DNA of 64,000 bases from Peptostreptococcaceae bacterium (GTDB lineage: Bacteria > Bacillota > Clostridia > Peptostreptococcales > BM714). The translations under genes were made by a program, and so were the position numbers. Position 1 is the stretch's first letter. Each line of letters starts with the position of its first letter. The notes below the pieces were generated by a model. The model searched no databases. It saw nothing but the letters and a program-made list of their open reading frames with translations, and was not told the DNA's origin. Below, in pieces: positions 1 to 9,275 of this stretch. The stretch spans positions 41,460 through 105,459 of the forward strand of contig JAENWJ010000001.1 of the NCBI GenBank assembly GCA_016649995.1, read 5' to 3'.

Positions 1-498
1 CTTGATTATTATTCGAAAACGGCTTTTGAAATAATAAGCCGCGATATAGGCGCGCAGGGAACTGTGTGTGGCGGCGGAAGATATGATGGATTGGTTGAGG
101 AAATAGGAGGCCCTCCAACACCGGGTGTGGGTTTTGGACTGGGTGTTGAAAGACTTATTCTGACACTGGAAAGCAATAACATAGATATTCCAAAGCCGGC
201 AGGGCTAGACATATTTATTGCGGCAATGGGACAGAATGCTTTGGAAAAGGCGGTTGAGATTGTAGCAGTATTGAGGACATTGGGTTATAAAGCAGATTTC
301 GACCATCTGAAGAGAAGCCTGAAGGCTCAATTCAAATATTCGGATAAGAAGAATGCCTCATATACATTGGTAATAGGCGACAACGAATTGGAAAAGGGCG
401 ATGCTATTCTTAAGAATATGAAAACGGGAGAGCAGAGCGAAATAGCCATAAGCAATACTGCTGAAGAAATTGCGAATAAATTGAGTGAGGGGATGTAA
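1..498 (+). CDS. hisS: histidine--tRNA ligase, C-terminal part (5' end outside window)
   Basis: Frame 1 is open from base 1 (LDYYSKTAFEII...GGGRYDGL). Shows class II aaRS motif 3 plus an anticodon-binding domain; stop at 496-498. Confidence 0.9.
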   Translation, partial: LDYYSKTAFEIISRDIGAQGTVCGGGRYDGLVEEIGGPPTPGVGFGLGVERLILTLESNNIDIPKPAGLDIFIAAMGQNALEKAVEIVAVLRTLGYKADFDHLKRSLKAQFKYSDKKNASYTLVIGDNELEKGDAILKNMKTGEQSEIAISNTAEEIANKLSEGM

Positions 499-504
499 AA
501 GGAC

Positions 505-2283
505 ATGGCTGAACTTTTAAAAGGCTTGAAAAGAACACATATGTGTGGCTCATTGCGCAAGCAAAACGAGGGTGAAAGAGTAACCCTGATGGGTTGGGTA
601 CAGAAAAGAAGAAATTTGGGTTCATTAATATTTGTTGACATAAGAGATGTAACAGGAATATCGCAGATTATTTTCGATGAGGATGTTTCTAAAGAAGCCT
701 TTGAGAAAGCCGGCAAAATAAGAGGAGAATTCGTAATTGCCGTTTTAGGAACTGTTCATATAAGGCAATCAATAAACACGAAAATGGATACGGGTGACAT
801 AGAGATATATGCAGAAGAAATAAGAATACTTTCTGAGGCTGATATTCCACCAATACACATAAATGACGATGACGATGCAGGAGAGCGCCTTAGATTAATG
901 TATCGTTATCTTGACCTCCGAAAACCCAAAATGCAGAAGAATCTTATTATGAGGAACAAGGTTACCAAATCTGCAAGGGATTTTCTTAACAATGAGTCAT
1001 TTACGGAAGTGGAAACGCCAATGCTTACGAAACCAACACCTGAGGGGGCAAGGGATTATCTTGTTCCGAGCAGAGTTAATCCAGGCAAATTTTATGCATT
1101 GCCTCAGTCTCCACAAATATTCAAGCAATTGCTTATGGTATCAGGAATGGACAGGTATTTTCAGATTGCAAGATGCTTCAGGGATGAGGACCTAAGGGCT
1201 GACAGGCAACCGGAATTTACTCAAATTGACATAGAGATGTCCTTTGTAGAAGAAGACGATGTAATAAGTATAAACGAGAAGCTAATACGCCACATATTCA
1301 AGGAAGTAATGAATGTGGATGTGGAGATTCCATTCAAAAGGATATCCTATATAGAGGCTATGGAAAGATACGGTTCGGACAAACCGGACCTCCGATTCGG
1401 TTTTGAGCTTAAGAGCTTGAACGAGGTTCTTTCAGGAACGGAATTTAAGGTGTTTAAAACTGTTATTGACAATGGGGGATCTGTAAAGGGAATAAATGTT
1501 AAGGGATATGCTGACAAGTTTAGCAAGAAAGGCATTTCTAAACTTGAAAAGCATGTAAAGACCTACGGAGCAAAGGGTCTTGCTTGGATTAAACTTGAAA
1601 ATGGTGAAATAGTATCACCTATTCTAAAATTCTTGACAGCGGATGAAATTGCCGCGATAACTGAATTGTTTGAACTTGAAGAAAATGATTTAATACTTGT
1701 TGTTGCAGATGAACCCAAGGTTGTTTATGACTCACTTGGAAGCCTAAGAGTTCATGTAGCCAAGATGCTTGATATATTGGATGAAAGTAAATATGTATTC
1801 CTATGGGTAACCGAATTTCCACTGCTTGAATATGATGAGGAAAACAAAAGATATGTAGCTATGCATCATCCGTTCACTTCACCGGTAGATGCGGATGTCG
1901 AGCTGCTTGAAAAGGATCCGGGGAAAGTAAGGGCTAAGGCCTATGACATAGTGCTTAACGGAGTGGAACTTGGGGGCGGAAGCATACGAATCCATGACCC
2001 GAAATTGCAGAAAAAAATGTTCGAGGCATTGGGTTTCAGCGATGAAGAGTCTGAAAGGAAATTTGGATTCCTTATGAATGCATTTAAATATGGGACTCCG
2101 CCGCACGGAGGACTCGCTTATGGGTTGGACAGAATGGTTATGCTTATGACATTCAGTGAAAGCATTCGTGAGGTAATAGCTTTTCCCAAGACGCAAAACG
2201 CGACATGTTTAATGACAGAAGCTCCTGCAGAAGCGGATGAAAAACAATTGGACGAACTGAGCATAGCCTTGAAGCTTGACTGA
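505..2283 (+). CDS. aspS: aspartate--tRNA ligase
   Basis: 592 aa with FRDEDLRADRQPEFTQID and GGGSIRIH class IIb motifs and an N-terminal OB fold. Follows hisS as in many Firmicutes. Confidence 0.95.
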   Translation: MAELLKGLKRTHMCGSLRKQNEGERVTLMGWVQKRRNLGSLIFVDIRDVTGISQIIFDEDVSKEAFEKAGKIRGEFVIAVLGTVHIRQSINTKMDTGDIEIYAEEIRILSEADIPPIHINDDDDAGERLRLMYRYLDLRKPKMQKNLIMRNKVTKSARDFLNNESFTEVETPMLTKPTPEGARDYLVPSRVNPGKFYALPQSPQIFKQLLMVSGMDRYFQIARCFRDEDLRADRQPEFTQIDIEMSFVEEDDVISINEKLIRHIFKEVMNVDVEIPFKRISYIEAMERYGSDKPDLRFGFELKSLNEVLSGTEFKVFKTVIDNGGSVKGINVKGYADKFSKKGISKLEKHVKTYGAKGLAWIKLENGEIVSPILKFLTADEIAAITELFELEENDLILVVADEPKVVYDSLGSLRVHVAKMLDILDESKYVFLWVTEFPLLEYDEENKRYVAMHHPFTSPVDADVELLEKDPGKVRAKAYDIVLNGVELGGGSIRIHDPKLQKKMFEALGFSDEESERKFGFLMNAFKYGTPPHGGLAYGLDRMVMLMTFSESIREVIAFPKTQNATCLMTEAPAEADEKQLDELSIALKLD

Positions 2284-2375
2284 TAATATACCAAGAGTTC
2301 CGAATTGGCGAGTGTTTCCGCCTTTTGGAACTTTTGTTTTAGTTGAATATATTCAAAGTCTGTAATATAATAATT

Positions 2376-2392
2376 ATACCGTATACAGGTAT
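2376..2392. promoter_or_regulatory. candidate CsoR-type operator (ATACC-N7-GGTAT inverted repeat)
   Basis: ATACCGTATACAGGTAT lies directly upstream of the RBS of the csoR-like gene. It resembles the GC-flanked palindromes bound by CsoR-family repressors. Confidence 0.35.
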
Positions 2393-2405
2393 AAGGAGGA
2401 TTGAA

Positions 2406-2675
2406 ATGGCGAATTACGACAAGGATGCTGTTCAGAGAAGACTTAGAAGAATTGAAGGACAGATAAAAGGAATACAGAGAATGATAGACGAAGAACGGGG
2501 ATGCAACGATATTCTTATCCAGGTCTCCGCTGTGCGTTCAGCAGTAAATAGGGTTGGGGGCATTGTACTTGAGAATCATTTGAAGCATTGTATGACAAAA
2601 TGCAAGAGCGAAGAATCGGAAAAAGAACAAACAATTGACGAGCTTATCGAAACCATGATAGGATTTTTGAAATAG
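2406..2675 (+). CDS. CsoR/RcnR-family metal-sensing transcriptional repressor
   Basis: RLRRIEGQIKGIQRMI with a Cys...His...Cys pattern (CNDIL, HLKHC). Start moved to the ATG at 2406, which follows AAGGAGG; the track ORF starts at 2343. Confidence 0.8.
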   Translation: MANYDKDAVQRRLRRIEGQIKGIQRMIDEERGCNDILIQVSAVRSAVNRVGGIVLENHLKHCMTKCKSEESEKEQTIDELIETMIGFLK

Positions 2676-2685
2676 GAGTATAAAC

Positions 2686-3114
2686 ATGTATAGAGTCGGA
2701 GAAGTGGTAAATATTAAAGGGGAAATGGCTCAGGTAAAATTGATGAGGCATTCAGCGTGTGGAAATTGCAAAGCATGTAAAATTGGTGATGATGACGGGA
2801 GCGTATATTCAGATGTATACAATGAATTGAACGCAAAAGAAGGAGACCATGTTGAAATTAGTATGGAGGAAGGGAATCTTCTCGGTGCGGCAGCCATACT
2901 TTATGGATTTCCACTCGTTACCATGTTGTTTAGTGTATTTATAGTAAACTTCATATTGGAAAGAATTAGTGTCGGTCACCATGAATTGATTTTAGGGGCA
3001 GTAGTTTTGCTGTCATTGACTACAACTTTTGCAATAATCAGAGCTAAAAATGGTAAGTTCATAAAATCAAAAAAATATCTTCCTGTGGTAACCAAAATAA
3101 TTGATAAGGGGTGA
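2686..3114 (+). CDS. RseC/MucC-family membrane protein
   Basis: 142 aa with an N-terminal CGNCKAC motif followed by two hydrophobic helices. Confidence 0.6.
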   Translation: MYRVGEVVNIKGEMAQVKLMRHSACGNCKACKIGDDDGSVYSDVYNELNAKEGDHVEISMEEGNLLGAAAILYGFPLVTMLFSVFIVNFILERISVGHHELILGAVVLLSLTTTFAIIRAKNGKFIKSKKYLPVVTKIIDKG

Positions 3115-3118
3115 TTGC

Positions 3119-4354
3119 ATGAAATACGAATATCTTAGAAAGGCTGATCCTGAAATAATGGATGTATTAAATAAGGAATTGTATAGACAAAGGAACGGAA
3201 TAGAATTGATTGCATCGGAGAATTTCATTTCAAAGGCTGTTATGGAAACGATGGGAAGCACTCTAACAAATAAATATGCTGAAGGCTATCCCGGCAAAAG
3301 GTATTATGGAGGATGCGAAGAAATTGATGTGGCTGAAGAATTGGCTATTGATCGATTAAAAAAGCTTTTTGGAGCAGAACATGCAAATGTACAGCCTCAT
3401 TGTGGGTCCGCGGCAAATTTTGCAGTATATCAGTCAGTATTGCAGCCGGGAGACGTTGTAATGGGCATGTCGCTTACGCATGGAGGACATTTGACGCATG
3501 GAAGCCCTGTAAATCAGTCAGGAAAGCTTTACAAATTCATAAGCTACGGAGTCGATAAGGAAACGGAAAGAATCGATTATGATGATGTTGAAAAAATTGC
3601 AAGAGAGAGCAAACCCAGGTTGATTGTAGCGGGAGCAAGCGCATATTCACGGGAAATAGATTTTGAAAAATTCAGAATGATAGCTGATGCAGTAGGCGCG
3701 TACCTTATGGTTGACATGGCTCATATTGCAGGATTGGTTGCTGCAGGCCTTCATGTAAATCCTTGCCCTTATGCCGATTTTGTAACGACGACCACGCATA
3801 AAACATTAAGAGGACCAAGGGGCGGAGCCATTCTTTGCAAAGCGGAATACGCAAAGATAATTGACAAGGCCATTTTTCCGGGGTCTCAAGGCGGACCGTT
3901 GATGCATGTAATTGCCTCGAAAGCCGTTTGTTTCAAAGAAGCTGCTACAGATGAATTCAAACGATATCAAGAGCAGATAATAAAGAATGCCAAAGTATTG
4001 GCAGCGGAATTAAAGATAAGAGGCTTCAGAATTGTTTCAGATGGAACAGACAACCATATGATGCTGCTTGATTTGCGAAGCAAAAATATCACAGGCAAGG
4101 ATGCGGAAAAAAGGCTAGATGAAATAGGCGTAACTGTAAATAAGAACACCGTTCCATATGATTCCGAAAGTCCTTTTATCACCAGTGGAATTCGTTTGGG
4201 GACTCCAGCGGTAACAACAAGAGGCATGCGTGAATCGGATATGGCTGTTATTGCTGAAATAATAAAAGGTGCAATTGAAAGGGATATTGACGACGATTCA
4301 TTGAAAAACGATGTAAAAGAACTTTGCAAAAAATTCCCTTTATACGAACAATAA
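3119..4354 (+). CDS. glyA: serine hydroxymethyltransferase
   Basis: Carries the SHMT PLP motif [14 protein letters not shown]. Start placed at ATG 3119 after AAGGGG. Confidence 0.95.
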   Translation: MKYEYLRKADPEIMDVLNKELYRQRNGIELIASENFISKAVMETMGSTLTNKYAEGYPGKRYYGGCEEIDVAEELAIDRLKKLFGAEHANVQPHCGSAANFAVYQSVLQPGDVVMGMSLTHGGHLTHGSPVNQSGKLYKFISYGVDKETERIDYDDVEKIARESKPRLIVAGASAYSREIDFEKFRMIADAVGAYLMVDMAHIAGLVAAGLHVNPCPYADFVTTTTHKTLRGPRGGAILCKAEYAKIIDKAIFPGSQGGPLMHVIASKAVCFKEAATDEFKRYQEQIIKNAKVLAAELKIRGFRIVSDGTDNHMMLLDLRSKNITGKDAEKRLDEIGVTVNKNTVPYDSESPFITSGIRLGTPAVTTRGMRESDMAVIAEIIKGAIERDIDDDSLKNDVKELCKKFPLYEQ

Positions 4355-4403
4355 ATATAAATCAATCTTTATTATCTTTCAACATAAAAAGCGTAAAAAG
4401 GAT

Positions 4404-4440
4404 ATAATATACAGGAGGTCTAAGACCTCCTGTATATTAT
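4404..4440 (+). terminator. hairpin terminator after glyA
   Basis: Perfect 17-bp stem ATAATATACAGGAGGTC / GACCTCCTGTATATTAT with a 3-nt loop. Confidence 0.7.
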
Positions 4441-4488
4441 ATTTAAAAAGATTGAATATTTAAGATTATAAGGGAAAAGGGTGATTTT

Positions 4489-5742
4489 ATGGAGCCGCTA
4501 GCTGTTAGGATAAGACCTGAAAAATTGGAAGATGTTATAGGGCAAAAGCATATTATCGGAAATGGAAAATTGATAAACAGCCTTTTGGAAAAGAAACAAT
4601 TGATGAATATGATTTTTTACGGTCCTCCAGGGACGGGAAAAACTACGGTTGCCAATCTGCTCGCAAGATCTACGGACAGAAAATTTTACAAGATAAATGC
4701 CACAAATGCCGGTGTGGGAGACTTGAAAAAAGTGATTGGTGATCTTGATACACTCTTTACAATGAATGGGGTTGTATTGTATGTAGATGAGATTCAGCAT
4801 TTCAATAGGAAACAGCAACAGGTTCTTTTGGAACATACAGAAAACGGAAAAATAGTTCTTATTGCAAGCACGACAGAAAATCCTTTTCAATATGTATACA
4901 AGGCACTTTTGAGTCGTTCAATGCTTTTTGAGTTCCGCTCAATAAGTCCTAATGATATGGTTGAAGGAATTAAGAATTTAAAAGAGCGAATTGAAATTGA
5001 ATCGGGCAAAGAAATTGTTTTTCAGGAAAATCCCTTATTGAGAATGGCTCAGCATGCAAATGGCGACTACAGAAAATTTCTTAACTATATTGAAATAGGC
5101 CTATTGGTTGAAAATGGACAGAAAGTGCTGTTTGATGAAAATATGGCAGAAAAGATACTACAAAAAAAAGTGTTCAGTTATGATAGGACCGGTGATGAAT
5201 ATTACGATATAATAAGCGCTTTCCAAAAATCAATACGAGGAAGCGACCCGGACGCATCGGTTCATTATCTTGCAAGGCTAATAGAGGCGGAGGATATAAA
5301 GCCAATATGTAGAAGATTGCTGGTAATAGCTGCTGAGGATATAGGGCTAGCATATCCCAACGCCATAAATATTGTAAAGGCTTGCGTCGATTCTGCGCTA
5401 TTTGTAGGGCTCCCTGAGGCAAGAATAATATTATCTGAAGCAACACTTTTACTTGCTCTTATGCCCAAGTCGAACTCAGCTATGGTTGCCATAGAAAATG
5501 CATTGGCGGATATTGCAACAGGAGAAATTGATCAAATACCCAATAATATAAGAGACAGCCACTTTTCTGGAGCTAAGCAGCTGAATAGAGGAAAAGGTTA
5601 TAAATATCCTCACAGTTACGACAATCACTATGTAGATCAACAATATTTGCCGGATAATTTAAAGAATAAAAATTACTACGAATCATCCCGGTCAGGCCAA
5701 GAAACAAAATTTTACGAGTTCAATAAAAAGATCAGGAAATAA
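4489..5742 (+). CDS. rarA: replication-associated recombination protein A (AAA+ ATPase)
   Basis: Walker A GPPGTGKTT, Walker B LYVDEIH and a MgsA-type C-terminal domain. Confidence 0.88.
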   Translation: MEPLAVRIRPEKLEDVIGQKHIIGNGKLINSLLEKKQLMNMIFYGPPGTGKTTVANLLARSTDRKFYKINATNAGVGDLKKVIGDLDTLFTMNGVVLYVDEIQHFNRKQQQVLLEHTENGKIVLIASTTENPFQYVYKALLSRSMLFEFRSISPNDMVEGIKNLKERIEIESGKEIVFQENPLLRMAQHANGDYRKFLNYIEIGLLVENGQKVLFDENMAEKILQKKVFSYDRTGDEYYDIISAFQKSIRGSDPDASVHYLARLIEAEDIKPICRRLLVIAAEDIGLAYPNAINIVKACVDSALFVGLPEARIILSEATLLLALMPKSNSAMVAIENALADIATGEIDQIPNNIRDSHFSGAKQLNRGKGYKYPHSYDNHYVDQQYLPDNLKNKNYYESSRSGQETKFYEFNKKIRK

Positions 5743-5744
5743 AG

Positions 5745-5773
5745 TTGACAAAATTACTAGGGTATTATATAAT
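5745..5773 (+). promoter_or_regulatory. sigma-A type promoter of the Rrf2-nifS-nifU-mnmA operon
   Basis: TTGACA (5745-5750), 17-nt spacer, TATAAT (5768-5773). Confidence 0.7.
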
Positions 5774-5820
5774 CTCCTTGAATCCCGAGCAATAAACTAG
5801 GGTTTTAAGGAGATGATTTT

Positions 5821-6279
5821 TTGAAGCTTTCAACTAAAGGAAGATATGGATTAAGGGCAATGTTTTATCTGGCGTTGAAATACGGTGAAGGATCTGTGCC
5901 TTTAAGTGAGATAAGCAATGAACAAAGCATATCGATAAGTTATTTGGAGCAGCTTTTTTCATCCTTGAGAAAAAAAGATTTAGTTGTAAGCTTAAGAGGT
6001 GCAAATGGAGGATACAAACTTGCTGCATCACCCGATGAAACTGTTGTCGGAGATATTTTAAGGGCTCTTGAAGGTTCATTGGCACCAACCGATTGCGTTA
6101 TGGATGGGGAAGAAGAAAAATATTCTTATAATGACCAATGCGTAACACAACGGGTATGGAGAAAGATAAAGGATAGTATTACTGAAGTGGTTGATTCTAT
6201 CACATTGCAGGACATGATAAATGATTACAATGAAATGAACAATTGCCGAAGTTGCAAAATTGAAAGTAAATTAAAATAA
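5821..6279 (+). CDS. Rrf2-family transcriptional regulator (IscR/CymR-like)
   Basis: MKLSTKGRYGLRAM winged-HTH N-terminus. TTG start lies 8 nt after AAGGAG. Heads the cysteine desulfurase operon. Confidence 0.88.
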   Translation: MKLSTKGRYGLRAMFYLALKYGEGSVPLSEISNEQSISISYLEQLFSSLRKKDLVVSLRGANGGYKLAASPDETVVGDILRALEGSLAPTDCVMDGEEEKYSYNDQCVTQRVWRKIKDSITEVVDSITLQDMINDYNEMNNCRSCKIESKLK

Positions 6280-6293
6280 TGGGGGATGATATC

Positions 6294-7451
6294 ATGAAGA
6301 GGAATGTGTATTTAGATTATTCGGCTACAACACCGGTAAAGAAAGAAGTATTTGAAGCGATGGTGCCGTTCTATACTGATAATTTTGGTAATGCCTCAAG
6401 TATTTACAGGATTGGTAGAGAAGCTAAAGACGTTATCGACAAATCTCGCGAAACAATAGCTGAAACAATTAATGCCTCTCCGAAGGAAATATACTTTTGC
6501 GCAGGCGGTTCGGAAGCGGACAATTGGGCGCTGAAGGGAATTGCCGAGGCAAACAGTGCAAAGGGAAAACACATAATTACAAGTAAGATTGAACATCATG
6601 CAATTCTTCATACCTGCGAGTATCTCGAAAAGAGAGGGTTTGAAGTAACATATCTTGATGTAGATGAATATGGAATGATTAATCTGAAAGATCTTGAAAA
6701 TGCGATAAAAAATGAAACCATACTTATCTCGATAATGTATGTAAATAACGAAATAGGAACGATTCAGTCAATAAAAGAAATCGGGAAAATAGCGAAGAAA
6801 AACGGTGTTTACTTCCATACCGACGCAGTTCAGGCTTATGGACATATAAAGATGGATGTGGAGGATCTTGGGGTTGATTTAATGACGATGTCATCTCACA
6901 AAATTTATGGACCCAAGGGCATTGGAGCTCTTTATATAAAAAGAGGAACACACATCGATCAGCTTATACATGGAGGCGCACAAGAAAAAAACATGCGTGC
7001 AGGAACTGAAAATTTGGCTGCAATTGTTGGATTTGGGAAAGCCGCATCCATTGCTGACGAAACACTTGATGAACATCGAAGCCGATTAATCGTATTAAGG
7101 GATAGAATGATAAATGAAATCTTGAATAAAATCGATCATGTAAAGTTAAACGGGCCTCGTACCGAAAGACATCCCGGAAATGTCAACTTTTGTTTCGAAT
7201 TCATAGAGGGAGAGTCTTTGCTTCTACTTTTGGACAATGAGGGAATTGCCGCTTCAAGCGGTTCTGCGTGTACATCGGGCTCATTGGATCCTTCACATGT
7301 TCTTATGTCCATAGGGTTGCCGCACGAAATAGCTCATGGTTCCCTTCGATTGACAATTGGGGATTTCACAACCAAAGAAGATGTTGATTATACGGTTGAA
7401 AAACTTATCGGAATAGTAGAGAAGCTGAGAGCGATATCTCCGCTTCATTAA
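6294..7451 (+). CDS. nifS: cysteine desulfurase (NifS/IscS type)
   Basis: SSHKIYGPKG PLP-lysine motif and the SGSACTSG active-site Cys loop. Start at ATG 6294 after GGGGGA. Confidence 0.92.
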   Translation: MKRNVYLDYSATTPVKKEVFEAMVPFYTDNFGNASSIYRIGREAKDVIDKSRETIAETINASPKEIYFCAGGSEADNWALKGIAEANSAKGKHIITSKIEHHAILHTCEYLEKRGFEVTYLDVDEYGMINLKDLENAIKNETILISIMYVNNEIGTIQSIKEIGKIAKKNGVYFHTDAVQAYGHIKMDVEDLGVDLMTMSSHKIYGPKGIGALYIKRGTHIDQLIHGGAQEKNMRAGTENLAAIVGFGKAASIADETLDEHRSRLIVLRDRMINEILNKIDHVKLNGPRTERHPGNVNFCFEFIEGESLLLLLDNEGIAASSGSACTSGSLDPSHVLMSIGLPHEIAHGSLRLTIGDFTTKEDVDYTVEKLIGIVEKLRAISPLH

Positions 7452-7475
7452 TAAATAACGGAAGGAGCAAAATAC

Positions 7476-7892
7476 ATGTATTCAGAAAAGGTAATGGATC
7501 ATTTCATGAATCCCAGGAATGTTGGTGAAATAGAGAATGCCGATGGAGTTGGTGAAGTTGGAAACCCGCAATGCGGGGATATTATGAAAATATATCTTAA
7601 AATTGAAAAAGATATAATAGTTGATGCAAAATTCAAAACTTTTGGTTGTGGGTCTGCAATAGCTTCTTCAAGCATGGCAACCGAACTAATAAAGGGGAAA
7701 TCCATTGATGAAGTAGTTAGTTTTACCAACAAAGCTGTTGTAGAAGCATTGGACGGCCTTCCACCTAAAAAAATCCATTGCTCCGTATTGGCTGAAGACG
7801 CAATAAAAATAGCTCTTATGGATTACGCTAAAAAGAACAATATAACAATAAAAGGGCTTGAAAACTTCAAGGTCAGGGAGCCTGAACATTAA
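7476..7892 (+). CDS. nifU: Fe-S cluster assembly scaffold protein NifU/IscU
   Basis: Conserved Cys ligand contexts GNPQCGD, FGCGSAIASS and HCSVLA. Confidence 0.92.
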   Translation: MYSEKVMDHFMNPRNVGEIENADGVGEVGNPQCGDIMKIYLKIEKDIIVDAKFKTFGCGSAIASSSMATELIKGKSIDEVVSFTNKAVVEALDGLPPKKIHCSVLAEDAIKIALMDYAKKNNITIKGLENFKVREPEH

Positions 7893-7893
7893 G

Positions 7894-8985
7894 ATGGCAA
7901 AAATGTTGGATAAAAAAAAGGTAGTTATTGGAATGAGCGGTGGAGTTGACAGCTCGGTAGCCGCATACATGTTGAAAGAAGAAGGTTTTGATGTTACAGG
8001 TGTCTATTTCAACTTATGGGAGTCGATAGACGGAGGTCGTTTTGAGAATTTTGCAAAAGCAAATGAAGAAGATGCGCGAGCGGTTTGCGAAAATATTGAC
8101 ATAAACTTTCTTTCAAAAAATTATGAAGAACCTTTTAAAAGTGAAGTTGTTGAATACTTTATAAGCGAATATCTTGCCGGTAGGACTCCGAATCCATGTG
8201 TGCAATGCAATAGAACAATTAAATTCAAGTATTTAATGGACATAGCAAATGAAATAGGTGCATATTATTTGGCAACCGGACACTATGTTCAGGTCTGTAA
8301 AGATAAGGCAAAAAGCAGATATTTCATAAAAAAAACCGATAACAGCAAAGACCAGAGTTATATGTTTTACACATTGTCACAAGAGATGCTATCCAGACTT
8401 ATAATGCCGCTTGGAAACATGAAAGATAAAGAAGATGTTCGAAGATATGCTGAGGAAATAGGTCTAAGCATGGCAAAAAAGAAGGATAGTCAAGAAATCT
8501 GTTTCATACAGGACAACGATTATTGCGGTTTTATTGAAAGGAATGTTAAGGACGGATTTAAATCTGGCGATTTTATAGATGATGATGGAAAATTTCTTGG
8601 AAAACATAAAGGAATACCTTTTTACACCGTTGGTCAAAGAAAGGGTTTGGGCATATCTGTTGGAAAACCAATGTATGTAAAGAATATAATGGTAGACAGT
8701 AATAAAATTATGTTAACCGATAATTCTGAGCTATTTACATCAGTACTTTTGGCTGAAAAAGTCAATAGTGTTAAATATGAGGAAATACCAGAGGATAGAG
8801 TTTTAAAAATTAAGACCAGATATACGGCAAAAGAAGCCGATGGAAAAATAAAAAAACTTAACAATGGAAATCTGGAAATTACATTTCTTAAACCACAAAG
8901 GGCAGTTACCCCAGGACAGTCAATTGTAATATATGAAGGTGATGATTTGATAGGCGGAGGTATTATTGTTAAAACCGCTGGTTGA
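7894..8985 (+). CDS. mnmA: tRNA 2-thiouridine(34) synthase
   Basis: PP-loop GMSGGVDSS and catalytic Cys motifs. Start placed at ATG 7894, just after the nifU stop. Confidence 0.92.
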   Translation: MAKMLDKKKVVIGMSGGVDSSVAAYMLKEEGFDVTGVYFNLWESIDGGRFENFAKANEEDARAVCENIDINFLSKNYEEPFKSEVVEYFISEYLAGRTPNPCVQCNRTIKFKYLMDIANEIGAYYLATGHYVQVCKDKAKSRYFIKKTDNSKDQSYMFYTLSQEMLSRLIMPLGNMKDKEDVRRYAEEIGLSMAKKKDSQEICFIQDNDYCGFIERNVKDGFKSGDFIDDDGKFLGKHKGIPFYTVGQRKGLGISVGKPMYVKNIMVDSNKIMLTDNSELFTSVLLAEKVNSVKYEEIPEDRVLKIKTRYTAKEADGKIKKLNNGNLEITFLKPQRAVTPGQSIVIYEGDDLIGGGIIVKTAG

Positions 8986-8987
8986 TA

Positions 8988-9016
8988 TTGACATAAGATG
9001 GGGATTCTATTATAAT
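8988..9016 (+). promoter_or_regulatory. promoter of the alaS T-box leader
   Basis: TTGACA (8988-8993), 17 nt, TATAAT (9011-9016). Confidence 0.7.
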
Positions 9017-9059
9017 CACAGGTGATTGCGAATGCTATGATAAAGAATAGTAACCGGGC

Positions 9060-9258
9060 GGAACTTCTTTAGAGAGAGGCAGATAGCTGAAAATGCCTTG
9101 AAGTAATCCGGTGAAGCAGCTTTTGAGCACCTTTTTTGAAATCAAGTAGAAAAAGGCGAATGATGCCCGATAAAGCATCAAGAGTGATTGCTTTGGCAAT
9201 AACTAGGGTGGTACCGCGAGTGCTCTCGTCCCTAACAAGGATGAGGGCGCTTTTTATT
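9060..9258 (+). promoter_or_regulatory. T-box riboswitch leader (alaS)
   Basis: AGAGA stem-I element near 9071. Canonical T-box AACTAGGGTGGTACCGCG at 9201-9218. Followed by a terminator hairpin and a T-run ending about 9258. Confidence 0.85.
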
Positions 9259-9275
9259 TTATGGAGGTGTATATT

